Shown: positions 9,644 through 19,947, numbered from the stretch's first letter. The stretch: 64,000 nt of DNA from an uncultured virus (IMG/VR IMGVR_UViG_3300005512_000014) (IMGVR_UViG_3300005512_000014), one strand, 5' to 3'. Program-made: numbers and translations. Notes: generated by a model not told the origin, from the letters alone.

Positions 9644-11787
9644 TAAGCATCCCTAGACAGGTAGAGGGTTACAGTAAGAGGACCAACTGCTCCAGTGCCT
9701 GCGCTAGTGATGTCAAATGTAAGCAACGAATCGTCTGCCAAGTCAGAGTCAGAAATAGCAACCGCCGATGCAGCGGTTGTAGATGAGGTCTCAGTAGCAT
9801 CAATCGACAAAGCAGTGCTCAGAACGCTGATGCTGTCTTCAAGTACGTCGATTTCAACCGATCCAGAAGTAGAAGCGGTGCTGCCGTAGCCAAGGCTGGC
9901 TCGCACATCTGTCAATTGTGCTCCCCACGGAAGTCGGTACGACGACTTAATGCCAGTCGTCACGTTTGCGCCAGACTCAACGAGTTCAAAGGTGACAACC
10001 TCTTCACGCGCCTCATCGAACAACGACGTGCCCCCGAGAGTAGCGCTATCGGTTCCATGAGATGCACGAATAATCCAACGAACATAGCCAGCCGATGGAA
10101 TAAATGAAACATTGGCTCCAGTACCAGTGCCGCCGGTATTGGTATTAGAACCAGAAGTGGTAGTAGTACTAGCAGCCCCAGAATCACCAGAGAAAACCTC
10201 AATATCTACATTATGTGAGTGATTGCCTGCTCCACTAGTATCACCAGTAATACCGTGAGAGTGCACACCACCACTACCAGTGTTGCCACTTACGTTGTGA
10301 ACGTGGTTGGTAGAGTCAGCAGTGTTGCCACTTACGTTGTGAATGTGGTTAGACAAAGCAGAACCAGTGTAACCACTTAAACTGTGGGTATGCGAACCGG
10401 CTGCTTTAGTGTTAGGGCTATCACTGATAGCCATACCGCCACTGATAGTGTGGTTAGTAGTATCAGCAGCACGATAATTGGTGCTATAAGAAGTTAGCCT
10501 GAGAACGTAACCACTTGCGTTAGGAACAGTAGGCGCTGCGTGCGAGTGACTACCAGCATCACTCAATGCAATGTTGCCAGAGTCGTGGAGGTGGGCACCG
10601 CCGCTATCTGAGTCTAGAGTACCAGCACCGTGAGCGTGAACGCCACCGGCATCCGCATCTAGATTGCCAGCACCATGAAAATGATCATTAGAATTATTAA
10701 TAGTAAAACTTGAACCGTGAACGTGAGATTCAACGGAATTAGTGGCCGTATCGGGGTGATCATGCCCAATTGAGTGCGTATGAGACAGAGTATGCGTATG
10801 TCCTCCGAGACTGTGAGTGTGGGAGGGCAATTGTGCTGTTGTCAGCGTGTCACTATCACGCCCAACATGCTTACCGACAGAGTCAGCACTATTGGCGGTA
10901 GTGTTGGCTGTTCCCTTTAGTACACGAGTACTTAGGTTGGGGACGCGGAAGTTGGCGGTACCCGGATCAGAAGCCCCGTTAAGGGTGTTGTAGTACGTCC
11001 CGTAGACAGAGTAGAGGGCGCTGTACTGCGTCTTTGATAGAGCCTGACCGTTCGCCTCTACGAAACCGGAAGGCAACGTGCCGTGCATAGGCCACGCAAT
11101 GATGCCCCCCACGGGAACGTGAGAACCAATATTCTGAGCAAGTTCGATCCAGCCATTGGACTCAGTCTTGACGTATACACCAGATGACGAACCAGTGGGG
11201 ACGCCCTTCTTGTAAAAGAGGTTGCCGGTGTCTCCCGATGACACGGAGGGGGCGGCAGTACCCTGATCAACGATGCCCGTCGTCAGCAAAAGGCGACGAT
11301 CAGTGATGCGCTGAGTGGTAACTGTGTTTGAACCAGAACGGTACAGCGCAGCAAGCACAACCTCACTGTCTAGGTCAACATGGATGGTGTTGTCGTAATC
11401 ACCGTCATTAGCGAGGGTCTTGCGCGACTGAGGGAACGAAGGGTTAGTAGCATCGTCGTTGCCAGCGATGACAACAATGTCGGCTGAGGTGCCGTTTGCT
11501 CGTGCAACAACAAGATCAAAACGGGTCTCCGTAGGTGAGGCAGGAAGCGACACCGTCGTAGCAGCGACAGCGTGGGGGAGGCCGTCGATGACAACAACAC
11601 CTGACGACAACTCAACCGTAGCGTTAGATGGGGTGGACGAAGCAGTGACCTCGCAACCACGTACGACACCAGAACGACCAGCGTTACCAAGAATCTCAAA
11701 GTCAAGAGAATCCGGCTCAGCCTGATCTAGCGCCTGAAAGCGCGAACCGCTGGCGGTCTCCGTAGCATTAGGAATGATAAAGGCCAT
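9643..11787 (-). CDS. Fibre protein with phage collar domain and HxH-repeat needle
   Basis: PVGGIIAW...GFVEANGQALSKTQYSALY...FRVPNL (collar) followed by many HxH motifs. Confidence 0.8.
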   Translation of the reverse strand: MAFIIPNATETASGSRFQALDQAEPDSLDFEILGNAGRSGVVRGCEVTASSTPSNATVELSSGVVVIDGLPHAVAATTVSLPASPTETRFDLVVARANGTSADIVVIAGNDDATNPSFPQSRKTLANDGDYDNTIHVDLDSEVVLAALYRSGSNTVTTQRITDRRLLLTTGIVDQGTAAPSVSSGDTGNLFYKKGVPTGSSSGVYVKTESNGWIELAQNIGSHVPVGGIIAWPMHGTLPSGFVEANGQALSKTQYSALYSVYGTYYNTLNGASDPGTANFRVPNLSTRVLKGTANTTANSADSVGKHVGRDSDTLTTAQLPSHTHSLGGHTHTLSHTHSIGHDHPDTATNSVESHVHGSSFTINNSNDHFHGAGNLDADAGGVHAHGAGTLDSDSGGAHLHDSGNIALSDAGSHSHAAPTVPNASGYVLRLTSYSTNYRAADTTNHTISGGMAISDSPNTKAAGSHTHSLSGYTGSALSNHIHNVSGNTADSTNHVHNVSGNTGSGGVHSHGITGDTSGAGNHSHNVDIEVFSGDSGAASTTTTSGSNTNTGGTGTGANVSFIPSAGYVRWIIRASHGTDSATLGGTSLFDEAREEVVTFELVESGANVTTGIKSSYRLPWGAQLTDVRASLGYGSTASTSGSVEIDVLEDSISVLSTALSIDATETSSTTAASAVAISDSDLADDSLLTFDITSAGTGAVGPLTVTLYLSRDA

Positions 11788-11801
11788 CAGGCCCTCCTAT
11801 A

Positions 11802-12056
11802 TCAGAGCGTGTCGTAAATGTTGCCAGCCTTCCGAAGGTACTCATAGAGGTCCAAAGGAAGGTCATAACGATGCCCATCAACGAAATCCCATTTGCTGGC
11901 ACCCCAGAACATCGTCCAAGTACCCTTGATCTTGGCGTTCTTCGTGGTGGGGGCGACGATAGTTGGTGCAGGAGCGGGGGCGGGGGCCTCCACAACCTCT
12001 TCAACCTCGTCGTCAATCAGGACTTCAGCAATCTTGGTGGTCTTACTTGTAGCCAT
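11802..12056 (-). CDS. Small hypothetical virion protein
   Basis: 84 aa with RBS AAGGAG. Confidence 0.6.
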   Translation of the reverse strand: MATSKTTKIAEVLIDDEVEEVVEAPAPAPAPTIVAPTTKNAKIKGTWTMFWGASKWDFVDGHRYDLPLDLYEYLRKAGNIYDTL

Positions 12057-12107
12057 ATTAGTTCTCCTTCGTCAGGGCTATCAATGAGTGTAGCAGGTGG
12101 ATAATGG

Positions 12108-12374
12108 TTAGGGGGCGGACTCTGCCTCAATAGCAGCCTGACGTTCGGCAGCAGACTGAATCTCAGCAGCAAGAACGACTTGTTCTTTGTTTGCTGGGAT
12201 ACTGTCAATATCAGGATCGTTCGTCATGCGCTCCACCTCGGCGGTGTAGATGTCGTCAATGGCGATACGGCACCTGTTGTGGACAGCGTTGTCGATCCAT
12301 TCCTGAGGATCAAGAGTGACATGGCGTAGTGCCTTGTCCTCCGCGTCTGTAAGAGTGACTGTGTATGTAGCCAT
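12108..12374 (-). CDS. Small fibre-associated protein
   Basis: 88 aa directly downstream of the C1q fibre gene. Confidence 0.55.
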   Translation of the reverse strand: MATYTVTLTDAEDKALRHVTLDPQEWIDNAVHNRCRIAIDDIYTAEVERMTNDPDIDSIPANKEQVVLAAEIQSAAERQAAIEAESAP

Positions 12375-12383
12375 ATTTATACC

Positions 12384-13853
12384 CTATCCTATTAGGTAGC
12401 CGCTGAATGAAGTATGTCCGTAGAAGGCGCTGCCGTAAAACGTCCGTCCGCTCGTCCAAGAACTTATTCCGACAGTGTCGTTGGCGTTCAGGCTAATGGC
12501 TCCGCTGAGAATGGTTTGCTTGTGTCCTGTAATTGCGTTGCTCGCGTAAGTAGAATACTCGTTAGCAATTGCGCCGTTGTACTGTAGGCGAGCATCTCCG
12601 TCTGTTCCGTCGTTTCCAGTCAATGCCCTGAACGAGAAATAGTAGACACCGGCAACGGGTGCTGTGAACAAACTTGTTGATGCATTGAAATGATTGCCAG
12701 TGTTCGCGGTGACGGAAGGAAATGTAATCCGCTCATTGGAGGCCGTTGTGGTTTGTGTTGAACCGCTTTTCCATGCGTAAAACGCTGGCTGCTCCGGGTG
12801 GAGAACTTCGCCATCCGGTGTCACGTGAATGGCGTACTTGCCGCCAACCCATGAATAGAGATAGAAGTCGTCGTTGCCGACATTGTCGTGACCAAGAAAC
12901 CACTTATTGGTCCCAGCCGTCGCCCAGTTGATAGCGGACTCCGTCGATGTGTTGGCTCGGTCTATTTTAAGATAGTTCGCATCCAAACCGTTGCCAGCAG
13001 TGTTGGAATACATATGTACACGACCGGTAGGTGTTGTTGTGCCGATACCGACATTGCCGCCCTCTGGGTTGAGGACTAGAGCAATGTCCCCACCACCATC
13101 CTGCTCTGATTGAATCTTCCCGTATTGGATTACTCCAGCCTCGTAGTACGAGCCAATACGAACCCGCTGGTCAAGATTCTCAATCAGAATCTGCGTCAAG
13201 TCACCGTTCTGATCCTTGGCGATATGAAGTTCTTCCGCAGGCGACGTTGTACCGATACCCACATTGCCGCCGCCAGTAACTGTTATCCTTGCTGTCTCAT
13301 CTGTGGCGAGGTTCAGGCTTCGTGAACCCGAGTTGTGGCCCACCCACATTGCTGTGCCGTCCAAAGATGCAAAACCCGAGTAACCCGCACCATCAATCAT
13401 CAGATGACCATTGCCGCTTGAGTCTGGAGTAATGTTGTCACCTGCACCTACTTGCACTTGTCCTTGAGCGTCAAGTGTGAAACTAGGTGACGTTGTACCG
13501 ATACCGACACGATTATTCGTGGAATCCACATGCAACGTATTGGTGTCAACAGTGAGGTCACCGGTAACAGTCAACTCTGTAGCATTACGGGTGCCGTCTG
13601 CTAGTAGGTACTGATTGTGGGGGTCGGATGCCGCTTCGTGGGTACTGACAGCACCTGACGTTTCAAAGGTTCCCCTAGAACCATCAGCGAGGGCGTACTG
13701 GGTGTGATCGTCGTCCCCCAAACCACCAAGGTTGCCATGGTCAGAACCACTGCTGGTAACAACATTCCAGACAGTACCGTCCCATGTCCACGTCTTATCT
13801 CCTACGGTATGTGTATCACCGTTAGAGGGGGCGTCGGGGAAGTCGATAGGCAT
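12384..13853 (-). CDS. Fibre/adhesin with GNVGIGTT repeats and C-terminal C1q-like domain
   Basis: Three (G/R)VGIGTTxP repeats; QPAF...FTAPVAGVYYF...FSGYLIG. Confidence 0.8.
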   Translation of the reverse strand: MPIDFPDAPSNGDTHTVGDKTWTWDGTVWNVVTSSGSDHGNLGGLGDDDHTQYALADGSRGTFETSGAVSTHEAASDPHNQYLLADGTRNATELTVTGDLTVDTNTLHVDSTNNRVGIGTTSPSFTLDAQGQVQVGAGDNITPDSSGNGHLMIDGAGYSGFASLDGTAMWVGHNSGSRSLNLATDETARITVTGGGNVGIGTTSPAEELHIAKDQNGDLTQILIENLDQRVRIGSYYEAGVIQYGKIQSEQDGGGDIALVLNPEGGNVGIGTTTPTGRVHMYSNTAGNGLDANYLKIDRANTSTESAINWATAGTNKWFLGHDNVGNDDFYLYSWVGGKYAIHVTPDGEVLHPEQPAFYAWKSGSTQTTTASNERITFPSVTANTGNHFNASTSLFTAPVAGVYYFSFRALTGNDGTDGDARLQYNGAIANEYSTYASNAITGHKQTILSGAISLNANDTVGISSWTSGRTFYGSAFYGHTSFSGYLIG

Positions 13854-14200
13854 TAGACCTCCTCAGGGGGCACGTAGGGGCTGGGGTTGATCACGAGGAT
13901 GTCAGGGGGCGTGGGGACGACGATGTCATCGATGCTAACCACATCCATCATGTCACGCAGTTCCTGACGGTATGCCACCCATGCTGCTTTCTGATCGTCG
14001 GAGAGGGGGCTGTCATTACCGACAGTCCAGTCGGTGTTCAATAACCACTGGTTGCGGAATCCCCTAGCAAAATTGACCTTCTCTTCTACAGTCCACGGGT
14101 CACCCGGAATGTCCTCGCTCACGCCGTTAACGACATCCATGTACAACTGAGTCGCATCCGTATCTACGTATGGTTTCAAATCTTCAAATGCCATGGTCAC
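13853..14200 (-). CDS. Fibre assembly chaperone-like protein
   Basis: RNQWLLNTDWT...W.AYRQELRD motif. Confidence 0.75.
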   Translation of the reverse strand: MTMAFEDLKPYVDTDATQLYMDVVNGVSEDIPGDPWTVEEKVNFARGFRNQWLLNTDWTVGNDSPLSDDQKAAWVAYRQELRDMMDVVSIDDIVVPTPPDILVINPSPYVPPEEV

Positions 14201-15642
14201 ACCTTGATGATGTAGTTGAGAACGATGTACGGCTGCACAATAGTGTGCGCCCCGCCTGAGCCTGTGTTCCCCAAGGATACCGTATGGGTATGGTCGATAC
14301 TGTGCGTGTGAGCCATGTTGTGTTTATGCGTCAAATCGTGCGTATGGTTAGCGCTGGGGTTAGCCGTGGTACCACTATGCGAGTGGTTGTGGTTAAGGTT
14401 GGCAGCGTTAGTACCGTGTGTATGGTTATGGGCATTATTTGAGTTTTCGTTTACCTCAGAACCACTTCTGTGACTATGGTTCCAGTCAAGGTTGGCAGCG
14501 TTCACATTGAAGTTGTGGGCGTGCGCCGCACCAGAACCATTAATATCGTGATTATGGTTGCCCCCACCAATAACATTGTGAGCACTAAACTGGGCAAAGT
14601 TACCATTAGCGCACCTGAAACCGTTGTTAATGTAAGCGTTCATTGACGACGCAAATCTGTCTGAGTTACTTCCGATACCATGGCTGTGGTTAGAAGCATT
14701 GGTATTGTGGTTGTGGTTTGCCGTAGCGTTACCGGTACCGCCACTGTGGGCGTGGTTGTAGTTAAGGTTGGCACCAGCGGTGTTATGGTCGTGGGCAGAA
14801 CTCTCAGCACCAGTGTTATGGCTGTGGTTATAGTCGATGTTAATAGCGTTCGTGTTAAACGTGTGGGTGTGGTTAGCGCTCTGATTACCGGTGCTGTTCT
14901 TGGCTGCTGCGTTAGTGGAATCCAAACCAGAACCGGTGTAGGTGTTGGTGGAGTTACCTGAGTTAGAGGCGCTTTGAGCGTTCGTAGCGGCGTTGTGGTT
15001 GTGACTGGGAATCTCAGAGGTAGTAAGAGTGTGGGTCTTGCTACCGCCTGTCTGTGCGAGGGTGGCGAAGTCGGTGTCCCCTGTGTCTAGTCCTACGGGG
15101 ACCTTTCCTTTGAGGTTGGGGACGTTGAAGGTCGTACTACCATCACCCGACCCGTAGTTAGTTCCAACCACTGCAAAGAGTTCTGAGTAAGTTGTACGGC
15201 TTACTGCTGCTCCGTCACACAGGAGCCATCCGGTGGGGGCCGCTGCCCCGCCATATAGGCTGATAGAGCCAGATGGCTGGTATGAAATGGGGTAATACGT
15301 GGTGCTATCCGCTGAGTATTCCCAGCGGTCATCGTTCTCGTTCCAGCGAATAGCAGAGTTGTCAGCGTCTCCCCGCTCTACTTCGACACCTGCATGGAGA
15401 GTGGGGGTCCCCGTCTGACCATCATTGAGGGTGATGATGTTGTCTTCAATACGCAACTGCTCTGCGGAGAGAGTTGTTGTCGTACCATGTACCGTCAGGT
15501 CCCCGTCAACGGTAAGAGAAGGTACGGCAGAGGGGACATCGGCCTCCACCTTCTTCCAGTACTCACCAGACCAACGCCAACGCTTCTTGCCCTGACTATG
15601 TACCTGACCTTGGGAGGGGCTATTAGGGAAGTTAATAGGCAT
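14197..15642 (-). CDS. Fibre protein with collar domain and long His/Asn-rich HxH needle
   Basis: APTGWLLCDGAAVSRTTYSELF...FNVPNLKG; many HxH motifs; C-terminal QPYIVLNYIIK. Confidence 0.85.
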   Translation of the reverse strand: MPINFPNSPSQGQVHSQGKKRWRWSGEYWKKVEADVPSAVPSLTVDGDLTVHGTTTTLSAEQLRIEDNIITLNDGQTGTPTLHAGVEVERGDADNSAIRWNENDDRWEYSADSTTYYPISYQPSGSISLYGGAAAPTGWLLCDGAAVSRTTYSELFAVVGTNYGSGDGSTTFNVPNLKGKVPVGLDTGDTDFATLAQTGGSKTHTLTTSEIPSHNHNAATNAQSASNSGNSTNTYTGSGLDSTNAAAKNSTGNQSANHTHTFNTNAINIDYNHSHNTGAESSAHDHNTAGANLNYNHAHSGGTGNATANHNHNTNASNHSHGIGSNSDRFASSMNAYINNGFRCANGNFAQFSAHNVIGGGNHNHDINGSGAAHAHNFNVNAANLDWNHSHRSGSEVNENSNNAHNHTHGTNAANLNHNHSHSGTTANPSANHTHDLTHKHNMAHTHSIDHTHTVSLGNTGSGGAHTIVQPYIVLNYIIKV

Positions 15643-15795
15643 TTATTCCTCCTCAGGTTTCTCTGTACCAACCTGTTGTTCTATCCATGTGTCCCATTCT
15701 TCGTGAGTCATGGGGCGAACGAGGTCATCGATCTGTACGTTGACTGAGCCTTCGGGGTAGAGGGCTTCTAGTTCTTCTCTAGTCCATGTGTTCAT
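15643..15795 (-). CDS. 50-aa fibre-associated protein, paralog of 18746..18940
   Basis: Read by hand: MNTWTREELEALYPEGSVNVQIDDLVRPMTHEEWDTWIEQQVGTEKPEEE; coupled to both neighbours. Confidence 0.8.
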   Translation of the reverse strand: MNTWTREELEALYPEGSVNVQIDDLVRPMTHEEWDTWIEQQVGTEKPEEE

Positions 15796-16394
15796 TGTGC
15801 GTACCCATAAACCCTGATAGTGCCACCTGTCATTGTCCCATTGTATGGGTACAACGTGAAAGAGGTATGGGATGTTGCATCTGCCTGAATTCCGACTGTG
15901 TTTCCGTACACTGACGAATACCGGATGATGGCATCCATTTCTGTCGAAGCAGAAAGATACGGACCCATTACGTTGAACCTCAAATTAGGAACTGAACCTC
16001 CTCCTGCGATAAAGTAACCAACATTATTTCCGTTGCCAGAAGTGGGACCAGCACCAGTGAAAGCATTTACCCAATTCAATGCCCAGTAGTACCCAGTTGT
16101 TGCTGAACCAACTCTGAAGAATATATCTACATCGTTTGAAAGAGTCCCACCATTCATTGTTATAAAGTAATTGTCGAACGTGGATGAAAACGCATTATTT
16201 ACCGTTACTGATGATACAGCAGTACCAATTGTCTGCGACTTGACCAGTACTAATCCCTGAGGATTACCGACAGACGTAATCGTCCCCGTAACTGTCACAT
16301 CATTATCGAATGTGACATTACCGGAAGCATCAATCGACCCTGCCTGAGTACCCAGACGGTTCTGCCAGTTATCAAAGCGAGCAGTAGAGGTCAT
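15792..16394 (-). CDS. Fibre tip/adhesin module, paralog of the C-terminus of 18937..19947
   Basis: GLVLVKSQTIGTAVSSVTV...GGTIRVYGY. Confidence 0.7.
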   Translation of the reverse strand: MTSTARFDNWQNRLGTQAGSIDASGNVTFDNDVTVTGTITSVGNPQGLVLVKSQTIGTAVSSVTVNNAFSSTFDNYFITMNGGTLSNDVDIFFRVGSATTGYYWALNWVNAFTGAGPTSGNGNNVGYFIAGGGSVPNLRFNVMGPYLSASTEMDAIIRYSSVYGNTVGIQADATSHTSFTLYPYNGTMTGGTIRVYGYAQ

Positions 16395-16564
16395 TGGGGG
16401 GCCTCAGGAAAAGGCATTGCTGGCATTTCAGGATCAGGACGCTCATCAGTTGGCGCGAGCATCACATGACACCCGCCACACTCCACGAACGGTGGCGTGC
16501 CCAACACGTTGTAGTCAATGCCACCATTCGGGCAGTCGTTGTCTGTACAAGTCACAGTCACCAT
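16391..16564 (-). CDS. 57-aa Cys-containing protein
   Basis: Read by hand: MVTVTCTDNDCPNGG...VECGGCH...PEAPQ; stop overlaps the next ATG. Confidence 0.6.
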   Translation of the reverse strand: MVTVTCTDNDCPNGGIDYNVLGTPPFVECGGCHVMLAPTDERPDPEMPAMPFPEAPQ

Positions 16565-16565
16565 G

Positions 16566-17039
16566 TCATGCCGCCCGATAAGTGAGATTCACGCCGATTC
16601 TGTCGCCAGTTGCCCAACTAAACGGAATTGACGAATTGATTACACCTTCAACGACGGCTGAACTGACTGTATGGTTTGCTTCAAACATAATCACAGTATT
16701 GTTCGCTACGGACAGCGGAAACATCATGTAGGTTGCCGTGCCAGTATCACCAAGATAGCCAGTACCAAGCACCTCAAGATCAGATGTGTAACGAGTAACG
16801 GGGAGCGACATGATGGGTGTTGACGCAATGCTCGTTGTAGACCCTAAATACATTCTTCCAATAACATGAACGATCTTGCCGATCTGAGTGTAACTGAAAG
16901 AAAGCGTTGCGTTCCCAACGGTCAAGCCTGTGAATGTCGGCGTGTAACTCGTCCATGTGCCGATAGCACCCAACGTGCCAGCATCATAAATGGTGTCACC
17001 ATTCAAATCCTGCCAAGAACTGAACTTCAACGTGGACAT
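16566..17039 (-). CDS. Fibre tip module
   Basis: WTSYTPT...YTQIGKIVHV pattern typical of phage receptor-binding domains. Confidence 0.65.
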   Translation of the reverse strand: MSTLKFSSWQDLNGDTIYDAGTLGAIGTWTSYTPTFTGLTVGNATLSFSYTQIGKIVHVIGRMYLGSTTSIASTPIMSLPVTRYTSDLEVLGTGYLGDTGTATYMMFPLSVANNTVIMFEANHTVSSAVVEGVINSSIPFSWATGDRIGVNLTYRAA

Positions 17040-17350
17040 CAGACCACACTCCAATCGCTACCGCTAGAAACAGTCACCGTCACCCCATCAGCAATAGTGA
17101 CCGGACCCGCTGAAACCCCATTATAACCTGTGGGGAACGTGAAATCTGCTGACACAGTGTTCCCATTCAACTGGATGGGGGTGCCAGTAGCCCCCGTATA
17201 TTTGATCCACTGTGTACCATCCCATACAGAGATGTCATTAGTATCTGTTTCATATACTGCTTGGCCCTCGTAGGGGGCGGCTGGGCGTGTTGTCGATGTA
17301 CATACGCCGGGTTGAAGGATACTGTTTGGTACTGATGATGTAAGACCCAT
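17039..17350 (-). CDS. Small fibre adaptor protein
   Basis: GVCTSTTRP..PYEGQ.VYETDT; C-terminal AGPVTIADGVTVTV...W.VV. Confidence 0.65.
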   Translation of the reverse strand: MGLTSSVPNSILQPGVCTSTTRPAAPYEGQAVYETDTNDISVWDGTQWIKYTGATGTPIQLNGNTVSADFTFPTGYNGVSAGPVTIADGVTVTVSSGSDWSVV

Positions 17351-17523
17351 TATTCTGCCCCCTCAGGGTTCCATTCTTCGGGGACGTTACCCTCTTCTAG
17401 CCATGCTAGATATTGTTGGTAATCGGTATTGTCTGGGTCGGCGGGAATAATTGCCATATCATCCAATCGCAATAAGCATCTTGCTTTTTTATTGGTTACT
17501 TGGTCGAAACATTCTCTATACAT
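17350..17523 (-). CDS. Small fibre assembly protein
   Basis: IPADPDNTDYQQYLAWLEEGN motif. Confidence 0.7.
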   Translation of the reverse strand: MYRECFDQVTNKKARCLLRLDDMAIIPADPDNTDYQQYLAWLEEGNVPEEWNPEGAE

Positions 17524-18746
17524 CACAACTCCGCCGCAAAATCTATGTATTGTGAACCACCCGTTGTATATAGCGTACAAGAATCAGCAGCACTTCCTGT
17601 TCCGCCGTTAAAATCAAGTTGTCCATGGTTTTTTGTGTTTACTGTAAGAAGTAGGCCAGTGGCAGTTCCTGTTGATCCGCCATTCCAAAAGTTAAGTGTT
17701 CCTCCAACAACGGATGTAGGTATTGCTCTCATTTCCACATGGAACGGTATAAGCACGCGCGTTGCTCTTCCCAAACTGTCAGCAACTCCTACGCCAGCTG
17801 GATCAACACATCTCCAAAAATACCTCTGACACAACGCTAACTCTTCCCCGAAGGAACGATGTTCAAACGGGGTCGCCTTATTTCCAAGTTCCAACTGTAC
17901 ATCTTTAATGCGGAATAGTTCCCCGCTAGCAGGTGCCCCACCCATACCGTGAAAGTAGATTCCAATACGGTAATAACCACCAGTGGAGACTGTAGCCGGA
18001 AAGGTGTACGACGTACTGTACTGCTCGTAGGCGCTTGTTGAGATAGTGGTGACATTATTCTCAACAGTTGCAATAGTTGCCTCGTCCCGTAGAGAGCCGG
18101 ACAAGTCATCGTCATGATTCACTCTAATAACACCTTGAGTAATCGTGGTGCTGACACGCTTCACTTTGAAAGAAAAAGTTACGGTCCTACCAGCCAGATG
18201 AGCAACATCTTGTCCATCAAAACGCTGCTCAATCATGTAAAAGCCGGGTGCAGTTCCACCACTGCGAACGCTCATGGCGTAACCAGCATCCTCAACCTGC
18301 TGGACATTTCCAGCAATTCCGGCACTGTATGCCTCGTTTACCGGCTCAATTCTCCAGCGATCCAAAGTGTAGCCACCCGATGTACTTACGCTTGAGCCAC
18401 GTTGGGCGATCTGCATTGCTCCGTTGTAAATGTAGTTCTTTCTACCCGTATACGGGGTCACATTCTCCCCGCCAATAGTTACAGCAGAAGCAGTAACGTC
18501 ACCTGTCAGATCGCCGGTAACATCACCCGTGACATTTCCAGTCAGATTACCTGTAACAGAAGCAGCAGAACCAGAATATGACACCAAAGCCGGATCAGAA
18601 ATAACAACCCATGCAGAGTTATCCCATACCAATGTACGGTTGGTATCTGTCTCGTATACGACTTGACCATCGTAAGGATTTTGGGGGCGGTCCGTGGAGA
18701 GACATACCCCTGTCCTGAGTCCGCCGGTAGTGCTAGATACAGCCAT
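17523..18746 (-). CDS. Fibre protein with carbohydrate-binding-like domain
   Basis: KNYIYNGAMQIAQRG...DRW...VQLELG..ATPFEHR..EELALCQRYF. Confidence 0.78.
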   Translation of the reverse strand: MAVSSTTGGLRTGVCLSTDRPQNPYDGQVVYETDTNRTLVWDNSAWVVISDPALVSYSGSAASVTGNLTGNVTGDVTGDLTGDVTASAVTIGGENVTPYTGRKNYIYNGAMQIAQRGSSVSTSGGYTLDRWRIEPVNEAYSAGIAGNVQQVEDAGYAMSVRSGGTAPGFYMIEQRFDGQDVAHLAGRTVTFSFKVKRVSTTITQGVIRVNHDDDLSGSLRDEATIATVENNVTTISTSAYEQYSTSYTFPATVSTGGYYRIGIYFHGMGGAPASGELFRIKDVQLELGNKATPFEHRSFGEELALCQRYFWRCVDPAGVGVADSLGRATRVLIPFHVEMRAIPTSVVGGTLNFWNGGSTGTATGLLLTVNTKNHGQLDFNGGTGSAADSCTLYTTGGSQYIDFAAEL

Positions 18747-18940
18747 CAGTTACCCTCCGGCGGGTCAGGTAAATCTGCATCTGGCCAGTTCTGGTCTGCT
18801 GGCTTCTCCATGCCGACCTGCGAGTCAATCCATGCTGACCATTCGTCGGTCGTCATCGGGCGCACGTCGTCATCGACCTGCACGTTGACGGTGCCGTCAG
18901 GGTAGAGGGTCTCTAGTTCTTCTCTAGTCCATGTGTTCAT
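18746..18940 (-). CDS. 64-aa fibre-associated protein
   Basis: MNTWTREELE paralog of 15643..15795. Confidence 0.75.
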   Translation of the reverse strand: MNTWTREELETLYPDGTVNVQVDDDVRPMTTDEWSAWIDSQVGMEKPADQNWPDADLPDPPEGN

Positions 18941-19947
18941 TGCCCGTACCCGTAAATAAGTATTTTACCACCATTGAAGTTGCCAGCGACTGGGGCAAAA
19001 GTTATGGCCGAAAGGGATGTGTAGTTGTATACCCTTCCCCACATATTGTGGACTAGGTAAGTTGTCGATGTGGACATGCACTTGGTTTGCTGGTCGCTTC
19101 GGTAAGGGCCGAATATGTCCATAGTCATGGCTCCGCCATCGCCGGTTGAATTAGCGGTCGTAAACCCCATCTGTATGGAAGTTGTATCTACTGCCCCAAT
19201 GTAAGATGCACCTGTTGGCGGCGTGTACAAATTCATGTAATAGCCTGCATAGTTGTATACCGACCCGGTTTCTTGCGGGGAGTACCAGTGAACGGCAGTG
19301 TTGTTTGAAGAGTCTTGTAGCACCAAAACAATTCTGTAGTTGTCGTACGACGATGAAAAAGCATTAGTGACAGTTACCGAAGACACAGCATACCCAATAT
19401 CTTGGGATTTCACCAACACCATTCCAACAGGGTTACCTGCGACCCGTACATCACCTGTGGCATTGATGTCACCGTTGACATCCAACGTGTACGACGGCGT
19501 AGTATCACCGATACCGACATTGCCAGAAGTGTTGATCGTTACACGATCTATTCCGTTAGTGTTGAAATACTGATTTCCGTAAGTCCGCACTCTCAGCGGT
19601 TTTGACTGCCATGTTTCTATGTACCCTGTTGCTTCGCCTGTGTGATAACTAAGGCTAATTGCAGGTGTAGTCCCATCGGCATCTCTTGATACGGCAGTCA
19701 CCGAGCCGCTTACAGTGACTTTATCGTTAGGTGTCGTTGTACCTATACCCACACGCCCGTTTACAGAATCAATACTCAACACCTGATTATCGGCAACAAC
19801 AAGCCATGCAGCATTGTCATACACCAAAGTACGATTAGTGTCAGTCTCATAAATTAACTGACCCTCAAAGGGATTGACGGGGCGTGTTGAACTAGTGCAA
19901 ACACCAGACTTGTTGCCAAGCCTACCCAGCGCAGCATCAATACTCAC
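18937..19947 (-). CDS. Fibre protein
   Basis: GVCTSSTRP/EGQLIYETDT N-terminal module and VGIG repeats. Start placed at GTG 19947. Confidence 0.75.
   Translation of the reverse strand: MSIDAALGRLGNKSGVCTSSTRPVNPFEGQLIYETDTNRTLVYDNAAWLVVADNQVLSIDSVNGRVGIGTTTPNDKVTVSGSVTAVSRDADGTTPAISLSYHTGEATGYIETWQSKPLRVRTYGNQYFNTNGIDRVTINTSGNVGIGDTTPSYTLDVNGDINATGDVRVAGNPVGMVLVKSQDIGYAVSSVTVTNAFSSSYDNYRIVLVLQDSSNNTAVHWYSPQETGSVYNYAGYYMNLYTPPTGASYIGAVDTTSIQMGFTTANSTGDGGAMTMDIFGPYRSDQQTKCMSTSTTYLVHNMWGRVYNYTSLSAITFAPVAGNFNGGKILIYGYGQ

Noticed and set aside
15643..19440. Diversity-generating retroelement TR/VR pair
   Set aside because: Both copies are coding, differences are not adenine-specific, and no reverse transcriptase is in the window.
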